The notes under the pieces are model-generated. The model was not told the origin of the DNA. It did no database searches and saw only the letters and a list, made by a program, of their open reading frames with translations. Made by a program: the position numbers and the translations under genes. Positions 57,878 through 64,000 of a DNA stretch of 64,000 bases are shown here, piece by piece; within the stretch, counting starts at the first letter, position 1; each line of letters opens with the position of its first letter. Source of the stretch: Candidatus Poriferihabitaceae bacterium (lineage in GTDB: Bacteria > Pseudomonadota > Gammaproteobacteria > Arenicellales > Poriferihabitantaceae); assembly GCA_965206445.1 (NCBI GenBank), contig CBDBJR010000002.1:2568741-2632740 (forward strand). Reading direction: 5' to 3'.

Positions 57878-59458
57878 TTATTCCGACTTTGTCAGATAGC
57901 GGGTGCGGTGAATATCGCGGGCGTTGTTGACGAATCCGCGAATTTTCGGCGAGACAATGTTGCGCGACACATAATAATAAATCGGTATCGCCGCCGAGTG
58001 GTCAATCGCAATCTGCTCTGCCTGCAAAAACAAATCGGCGCGTTTTTCCAGGTCGCTTTCTTTTTCCGCCTGCGACATCAACTCGCCGAACTCTTCGTTG
58101 TGCCAGCGTCCGTAATTGTACGGACTGTCGGGCGACAGCAGTTCCAGCATGTTCACCGGGTCGTTGTAGTCCGCCAGCCAGCCGGCGCGGGCGATGTCAA
58201 AACCGGTGTTTTCCGTCAGGTCATCGTAGTGCACCTTGACCTCGGAGTTGATCAGCTCGACGCGCACGTCTAGCGGCTTCCACATACCGGCGATAGCGAC
58301 TGCCACCCGTTTGTGGTTTTCATCGGTGTTGTAGCGCAGCGCCAGTTTGAGTGGATTGTCCGGGCTGTAGCCGGCCTCGGTCATCCGTTGTCTGGCGTGT
58401 TGCAGGCGCTCGCCGTAGGGCGTGTCTTTCCATTTCGCCTGATAGGGCGTTCGGGAATTGTCCATGCCCGGCGGCACCCATGAATACGCAGCGATTTCGC
58501 CGGTGCCGATAATTTTCTCCACAATGATCTCGCGGTTGATCGCCATGGAAAGCGCCTCGCGCACGCGCACATCTTTCAACGCGGGCGTGTTGTGATTGAA
58601 GACATAATAATAAAGCCCCTGAAACGGTGCGATAAAAAGTTCGTCCGGGCGCTCGGCGCGCAAGCGGTCAATGTGATCGGTGGGAAACGCCGTCAAAATA
58701 TCAAACTCGCCGGCTTCGTAGCGCTTTAATGCGGCCGAGTTGTCTTCCAGCGCATAATAAATTACCTCGTCAATATCCAGCCGGTCGGCGGCATGATGCA
58801 TTGAATTAACCACCGAGCGCACATGCGAACCGGGAACCCATTCCACCGCCTTGTAAGGGCCGTTGGAAACAATGTTTTCCGGCCTCACCCAGTTGTCACC
58901 ATGCCGGTCATATACATGGCGGGGAATGGGGTAAGCGGTGTAGTGCGTCAGCGCGCCAAGGAAATAGGGCACCGAATTTTGCAGCGTGATGCGAAAAGTG
59001 CGGTCGTTTACCGCCTTCACGCCCAACTCGCTCACTTCTTTTTTGCCGGCGTTGATCGCCTCGCCGTTTTTAATCGGAAACTGAAGCCACGCATATTTCG
59101 CCGCCGTTTTCGGGTCCATCAATCGCCGTAATGCGAAGACAAAGTCGTGCGCGGTCACCGGCTCACCGTCCGACCACCTGGCGTCCCGCAAATAAAAAGT
59201 ATAGACCAGCCCATCGTCCGAAACCTCCCATCGCTCCGCCATGCCGGCAACCGGGTATGCGCGCGGGCCTTCGGTCACCAGCCCTTCAAACAAATCACCG
59301 ACAATGCGGTTTTCCCAGTCGCCCGACACTTTGTGCGGGTCCAGCGATGACGGGTCTCCGCCGTTGTGCATGTGCAGGGTTTTCGCCGCCACCGGCAGCG
59401 TGACCAGCGCAATAGTCAGAGTACAGGCGAGCAATGCGCCCGGCAGTTTCTTCGTCAT
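57878..59458 (-). CDS. peptide/nickel-family (family 5) substrate-binding protein
   Basis: Signal peptide MTKKLPGALLACTLTIALVTLPVAA. GGAGAG RBS upstream of ATG 59458. Confidence 0.88.
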   Translation of the reverse strand: MTKKLPGALLACTLTIALVTLPVAAKTLHMHNGGDPSSLDPHKVSGDWENRIVGDLFEGLVTEGPRAYPVAGMAERWEVSDDGLVYTFYLRDARWSDGEPVTAHDFVFALRRLMDPKTAAKYAWLQFPIKNGEAINAGKKEVSELGVKAVNDRTFRITLQNSVPYFLGALTHYTAYPIPRHVYDRHGDNWVRPENIVSNGPYKAVEWVPGSHVRSVVNSMHHAADRLDIDEVIYYALEDNSAALKRYEAGEFDILTAFPTDHIDRLRAERPDELFIAPFQGLYYYVFNHNTPALKDVRVREALSMAINREIIVEKIIGTGEIAAYSWVPPGMDNSRTPYQAKWKDTPYGERLQHARQRMTEAGYSPDNPLKLALRYNTDENHKRVAVAIAGMWKPLDVRVELINSEVKVHYDDLTENTGFDIARAGWLADYNDPVNMLELLSPDSPYNYGRWHNEEFGELMSQAEKESDLEKRADLFLQAEQIAIDHSAAIPIYYYVSRNIVSPKIRGFVNNARDIHRTRYLTKSE

Positions 59459-59533
59459 GAACTCTCTCCGTTTAATATGGGTGAATCGGCATACTGCCAT
59501 AATAAATCGAAATACGCCAACACCATAAGCACA

Positions 59534-59612
59534 TTAACAACCTCAAGCACATTGTGTGGACGCTCCGAGACTGGCTCGCTATAGGTTTGGGAGGTGTAAC
59601 TCCCCCCCACAG
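59534..59612 (-). repeat. 16S-tail / spacer-start repeat, copy 2
   Basis: Core CATTGTGTGGACGCTCCGAGAC (59550-59571). On the minus strand it is preceded by CCUGUGGGGGGGAGUUACACCUCCCAAA, which resembles the last ~28 nt of a 16S rRNA with CACCUCC intact. Confidence 0.6.
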
Positions 59613-59764
59613 GGCGGCCAAAATCAGTAAGCGATGCAGGTCCCGTGCTCGTGCCCCTGCAAGTGCCGGGCAGCCCGAATCAACGCGGCTCAATACGCCA
59701 AAACCGTTTGTCAGCGCTATGTTCGACTTTGGGTTGGCGGCAGACACCAGCGCCGCCAATCGCG

Positions 59765-60094
59765 CTATTTATCCGGGGTGCGCGACAACGATGCATACCA
59801 TGCCGCCAATGCCTTCACATCCTCTTTGCTCAAGCTCTTTACAATCAAATCCATTCGCCGGTCCTGGCGGTTGCCGCGGATGAAATCGGTCAAGCTTTTC
59901 TCGAGGTAAATCACCGGTTGACCGGCGAGATGCGGCACTTCCGGGTCGCGCGAGATTCCTTGTTTGCCGTGACAAACCGAGCACCGGTGTGAAAGGATTT
60001 TTCCGGCTTCCAGGTCTTGTGCCGACGCAACATTCACGGCAGCGTAAAATACGGCGACGGCAAACAGTCGATGAAAAAAACGCATTGCTCGCAA
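59765..60094 (-). CDS. class I c-type cytochrome
   Basis: Signal peptide and CSVCHG haem site. The track start is TTG 60094; ATG 60085 is an alternative. Confidence 0.8.
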   Translation of the reverse strand: MRAMRFFHRLFAVAVFYAAVNVASAQDLEAGKILSHRCSVCHGKQGISRDPEVPHLAGQPVIYLEKSLTDFIRGNRQDRRMDLIVKSLSKEDVKALAAWYASLSRTPDK

Positions 60095-60136
60095 AAAAGA
60101 AAAGGTTGCCCATGCACCGAAGCGCGCGAGGCATGT

Positions 60137-61396
60137 CTATTGTGAAGAATAAGTGATGCGGTAGATCGCGCCGGCGAAGTCATCGGAGACCAGCAGCGAG
60201 CCGTCTTTCATCTGCGCGACATCAACCGGGCGACCGTCGTATCCGCCGTTTTTATTCAGCCAGCCTTCGGCGAATGGCGCGATCCTGGCGTGACCTTTGG
60301 AATCGATAAAGGTGACCATCACGCGCGCGCCGATCGGCGTTGTGCGGTTCCACGAACCGTGCTGGGCGGAGAATATCGCGTTTTTGTATTGCGCAGGAAA
60401 CATCTTGCCGGTGTAAAAAGTCATGCCCAGATCGGCTGCATGCGCGACCGTCTCGACCACCGGATGGACCACATCAACCGGCACTTTCTGCCCTCTGTAC
60501 TCATGGGTGCGCACCTTGCCGCCGCCGAACCACGGGTGGCCAAAATGCTGCCCCTTCGCAGTCTGGCGGTTGATTTCACCGGGCGGAATGTCATCGCCCA
60601 TGCCATCGACTTGATTATCCGTCCACCACAACTCGCCGGTCTCCGGGTGGAAGTCATGACCGACCGAATTGCGCACACCGTAAGTATAGACCTCACGGTT
60701 GGAGCCATCGCGGTTCATGCGGATAATGCCGCCGATGCCCGTTTTTGTGTATAAGTCCAGTTTCTCCGCCGGCGCAACATTGAACGGTTGCCCGAGCGAG
60801 ATGTAGAGTTTGTCATCCGGCCCGACTTTCACCACACGGGCGGTGTGGTTGTAGCTTTCTTCATCGACCGGAATCAACTCGCCCTGCGGCACAATCGGAA
60901 CCGCAGCCACATCCGGGCTTTCCTGAAAAAACTCCGCTGCCGGATACATCATTACGCGGTTGCGTTCGGCGACATACAGAAAGCCGTCGTTAGTGAATGC
61001 GACGCCATTGGGTACATCCATCTCAATCGACGGCGCGAAATCCTTCACTTCATCGGCGACGCCGTCGCGGTTGCGGTCCATCACCGCCCACACCTTTTTC
61101 TTTCTGGTGCCGACAAACAGCACTGTGCCCTGCGGTGCCATCGCCATGTGACGCGCGTCGGGCACCAATGCATAGAGTTCGATATTGAACCCCTCAGGCA
61201 GGGTGATGCGCTTCAATGTTTCGCGAATGGCATCTGCCTTCAGCGCATTTTGATCGACATAAATATGCTCCGAAGTACCGGCCATCTTAAACACGCCCGA
61301 CTTGGCCAAATTGCTTTGTACCAACGCCGACGAAACCAACAAAAAAGCCGCCGCAAACAAGGCGCGAACCGCGTGTATCTTCCGCATGGTTTTCAT
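60137..61396 (-). CDS. PQQ-dependent sugar (sorbosone/glucose-type) dehydrogenase, soluble beta-propeller
   Basis: GVRNSVGHDFHPETGELWWTDNQVDGMGDDIPPGEINRQTAKGQHFGHPW is typical of the sorbosone dehydrogenase family. A signal peptide is present. Confidence 0.82.
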   Translation of the reverse strand: MKTMRKIHAVRALFAAAFLLVSSALVQSNLAKSGVFKMAGTSEHIYVDQNALKADAIRETLKRITLPEGFNIELYALVPDARHMAMAPQGTVLFVGTRKKKVWAVMDRNRDGVADEVKDFAPSIEMDVPNGVAFTNDGFLYVAERNRVMMYPAAEFFQESPDVAAVPIVPQGELIPVDEESYNHTARVVKVGPDDKLYISLGQPFNVAPAEKLDLYTKTGIGGIIRMNRDGSNREVYTYGVRNSVGHDFHPETGELWWTDNQVDGMGDDIPPGEINRQTAKGQHFGHPWFGGGKVRTHEYRGQKVPVDVVHPVVETVAHAADLGMTFYTGKMFPAQYKNAIFSAQHGSWNRTTPIGARVMVTFIDSKGHARIAPFAEGWLNKNGGYDGRPVDVAQMKDGSLLVSDDFAGAIYRITYSSQ

Positions 61397-61701
61397 TTAA
61401 TCCTCCACATTGATTGGTTATCGAGCAACCGCTTGCGTTGCCGACCGGGATACCCTATACGAAAACCCGGATAATACAAGTATGTTGTATGGGTGGGTGA
61501 ATGCAACCCCGAAATGCACCAGGAGGGGATTAAACGGCCCGGCGGCAGGCACGTGACCTGCCGGTTGCAACTTCGGGGTAAATCCACCAATCCATACAGG
61601 ATGTTGACAGCGCACCGAGAATTTGCGATAACAGCACGCACCCGTGCCGCCGTCTTTCACGTCGGCACCCGCCAAATCTGCAATGCGAGGAAAAATCGAA
61701 C

Positions 61702-62661
61702 ATGAAAAAATATGCCGTTTTACCCAAATGCCTGTCCTGCCTGGCGATTGTTTTGCCGCTGGCGATAGCGCTGCCGGCGAGTGCGCAGGTCGAGTCTACC
61801 GATCCGATCAGGCTCACTATCCACGACTGGACCGGGCAGTACATTACCACCAATATCATGGGGGAAGTGCTGCAACGCGCCGGCTACAACGTCGAGTATG
61901 TGCAGGCCGACTATATCGCGCAGTTTGCCGGCCTCGAGTCGGGCGATTTGCACATTGCGATGGAAATGTGGGAAACCACCGGCAAACAGGCGATGGAAGC
62001 GTCTTTGGCCACCGGCAAAACGGTCGATCTCGGTGAAACCGGCATGGATGCGAAAGAGGAGTGGTGGTATCCGTCGTATATGAAGCAGCGATGCCCCGGC
62101 TTGCCGGACTGGCAGGCGCTGAACGATTGCGCGGAGGTATTCGCCACCGCCGACACCGCGCCCAAGGGCCGGTATCTGGGCGGGCCGGTCACCTGGGCCG
62201 GGTTCGATGATGAGCGGGTCGAAGCGCTGGGGCTCGATTATGAAGTGGTGCATGCCGGCACCGACGCGGCACTGTTTGCCGAGCTGGAGTCGGCCATTCA
62301 ACGCCAGGCGCCGATCCTGCTGTGGATCTATGCGCCACATTGGGCGGTGGCAAAATATGACGGTGAATGGGTCGAGTTTCCCGAGTATACCGATGCCTGC
62401 TACAACGACCCCGGCTGGGGCATGAACCCACAGCTGGCCTATGATTGCGGCAAACCGTTCGGCTGGATCAAGAAAGTCGGCTGGAAAGACGGCGCGGCGA
62501 AATGGCCGGGGGCGTATAAAGCGGTGCGGCAGTTTCGCATCGACAACGCCGCGATGAGCCAGATGATTGTCGAGGTTGACCTCGAGGGCAAATCGGTCGA
62601 AGACACGGTGGCCAACTGGATGACGCAAAACGAAGCCGTGTGGAAAGCCTGGGTCGAGTAG
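61702..62661 (+). CDS. glycine betaine/choline-type ABC substrate-binding protein (ProX-like)
   Basis: Signal peptide, then DWTGQYITTNIMGEVLQRAGYNVEYV and a Trp-rich ligand-box region (EMWETTG, WWYPSY). Confidence 0.82.
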   Translation: MKKYAVLPKCLSCLAIVLPLAIALPASAQVESTDPIRLTIHDWTGQYITTNIMGEVLQRAGYNVEYVQADYIAQFAGLESGDLHIAMEMWETTGKQAMEASLATGKTVDLGETGMDAKEEWWYPSYMKQRCPGLPDWQALNDCAEVFATADTAPKGRYLGGPVTWAGFDDERVEALGLDYEVVHAGTDAALFAELESAIQRQAPILLWIYAPHWAVAKYDGEWVEFPEYTDACYNDPGWGMNPQLAYDCGKPFGWIKKVGWKDGAAKWPGAYKAVRQFRIDNAAMSQMIVEVDLEGKSVEDTVANWMTQNEAVWKAWVE

Positions 62662-62957
62662 CCCGGTTTTGCCGCTGGCCGTGCATCCGTGCCGCGCGGT
62701 AACCGGCGGCATCGGCGTACCATTCACCGCCGAATGCCGGCTACCGGTTCGGTGCCGGTTCGGGTTGATGGCCGCCGGCGCTGTCAATGCGTCGGCGGGC
62801 ACGCGCTCGATGCCCAATGCCGATAACCCGCCCGCAAGCCCGATCGACGCGACCGACAGCCTGACTCCGAATGCGATACGGCACGCGCCGTGCACGACCG
62901 GCGCCCTGCCCCCGCAGGCGACCGGAACCGCCGCCGGCATCGCCATCCGACAATGAG

Positions 62958-64000
62958 GTGAACACGCCACTCCGCTTGCGCCTGCGCCGTAGCCGGTGGG
63001 GCGTTGTATGCGCCGCCGTAATACTGCTGGCGGTTTTGCTGCCGGTCGGCCGCGAGCAGGTGCCGTGGGCATTTGCCTATCCGCGCGAGTGGCAATTGCC
63101 GCTGAATGTCTGGCTGTCGGCGTTGATGCAATGGCTGATCAACCGGTTCGATCTCGGCCTGTTCACCTTCAAGGAGCTGACCCGGGCACTGGCATGGCTG
63201 ATCGAGCAGCCGTACTGGCTGGTGCGCAGCCTGCTGGCCACCGGATTTTTGCGCGGCACCGGCAGCTATGCCGTCGAGCTGCTGCCGCGTCTGTCCTGGG
63301 TCGCGCTGATTGCCGGGGCGATGCTGTTCGGGCACTACGCCAGCGGCTGGCGATTGGCGCTGCTGGTCGGCGGCTGTTTTTGCTACCTGGTGGTTTTCGG
63401 CCAATGGGACAGCGCGATGCTGACCTTGAGCTCAATCGCCATTGCCGCGCCGGTCGGGGTGGCCGGCGGCTTGCTGCTGGGCATCGCCGGCTACCGCTCG
63501 CCGCGCTTCAAAACGGCGTTGACGCCGCTGCTCGATTTGATGCAGACGGTGCCGGTGTTCGCGTATCTGGTGCCGGTACTGCTGCTGTTCGGCTTCGGCC
63601 CGGTCGCGGCGATCATCGCAACCATTATTTATGCCATGCCGCCGATGGTGCGGGTGACGATGCTGGCACTCGCTCAGGTCAGCGATGAGGTGGTGCAGGC
63701 GGGCATCATGTGCGGCTGCACGCGGCGCCAACTGCTGTACAAGGTGCTGCTGCCGTCGGCCCGCCATTCGCTGATGGTCGGGGTCAATCAGGTGGTGATG
63801 CTGTCGCTGAACATGGTCATCATCGCGTCGATGATCGGCGCCGGCGGCCTGGGCTACGACGTGCTGACGGCGTTAAAACGGCTTCAGATCGGCGCCGGGA
63901 TAGAATCGGGCATCGCCATCACCCTGCTGGCCATCGCCCTCGATCGGCTGAGTCAGGCGGTTGCCGCCCGACCGCCGTCCGCGCCTCGCGCCACGCCGCG
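62958..64000 (+). CDS. glycine betaine/proline-type ABC permease (ProW/ChoW-like), 3' end outside window
   Basis: Not in the ORF track because it has no stop in the window. The frame with codon starts divisible by 3 reads ...LTPLLDLMQTVPVFAYLVPVLLLFGFGPVAAIIATIIYAMPPMVRVTMLAL...IIASMIGAGGLGYDVL. The start is GTG 62958 or ATG 62871. Confidence 0.8.
   Translation, partial: MNTPLRLRLRRSRWGVVCAAVILLAVLLPVGREQVPWAFAYPREWQLPLNVWLSALMQWLINRFDLGLFTFKELTRALAWLIEQPYWLVRSLLATGFLRGTGSYAVELLPRLSWVALIAGAMLFGHYASGWRLALLVGGCFCYLVVFGQWDSAMLTLSSIAIAAPVGVAGGLLLGIAGYRSPRFKTALTPLLDLMQTVPVFAYLVPVLLLFGFGPVAAIIATIIYAMPPMVRVTMLALAQVSDEVVQAGIMCGCTRRQLLYKVLLPSARHSLMVGVNQVVMLSLNMVIIASMIGAGGLGYDVLTALKRLQIGAGIESGIAITLLAIALDRLSQAVAARPPSAPRATP

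Noticed and set aside
61401-61426. AATCCTCCACATTGATTGGTTATCG, which superficially resembles an anti-SD plus the spacer motif (a possible third repeat copy)
   Set aside because: CCTCC here is simply the complement of the GGAGG RBS of the PQQ dehydrogenase gene. The similarity to the repeat core is short and gapped.
61720-63072. 450-aa minus-strand ORF
   Set aside because: It is antisense to the betaine-type SBP gene and is a Pro/Arg/Gly-rich shadow ORF.
62996-63688. 230-aa plus-strand ORF from the track
   Set aside because: It is in the wrong frame. The neighbouring open frame (no stop before the window end) gives a clean ProW/ChoW-like permease sequence.

Overview
This 64-kb window comes from a GC-rich, gammaproteobacterium-like chromosome. 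Backbone genes are sdaA (partial), dsbB, mlaA, apaH, an M18 aminopeptidase, cytochrome c5, pstSCAB-phoU, xthA, two peptide-type ABC operons, a PQQ sugar dehydrogenase with cytochrome c, and a betaine-type ABC system running off the right edge. Between about 25.8 and 54.0 kb the backbone is interrupted by a mosaic carbohydrate-catabolism region. It holds an old-yellow-enzyme reductase, an intact IS5-family element, and a glycerol locus (large SBP, glpD, two ATPases, two permeases, a DUF2160-like protein, glpK). It also holds two dehydrogenases, an IlvD/Edd dehydratase, and a long minus-strand gene string combining a CUT1-type ABC importer, an FGGY kinase, a G1P-dehydrogenase-like enzyme and a class II aldolase with an SDR/FAH/UxaA acid-sugar module. 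No tRNA, CRISPR array, integrase or classical transcription factor was seen. The most unusual signal is non-coding. A roughly 390-nt degenerate relic of the 3' domain of a 16S rRNA gene (minus strand, 53497-53885) sits directly upstream of the aldolase operon. The 16S-tail/spacer-start sequence that follows it recurs as a direct repeat 6,091 bp away (about 59.55-59.61 kb), so the two copies bracket a complete 5-gene peptide ABC operon. Each copy lies just upstream of the first gene of a minus-strand ABC operon. This could reflect remnants of a destroyed rrn operon, att-like scars of serial insertion at a 16S 3' end, a co-opted leader, or an assembly chimera. All functional calls rest on recognisable motifs in the supplied translations. 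No database search was possible.
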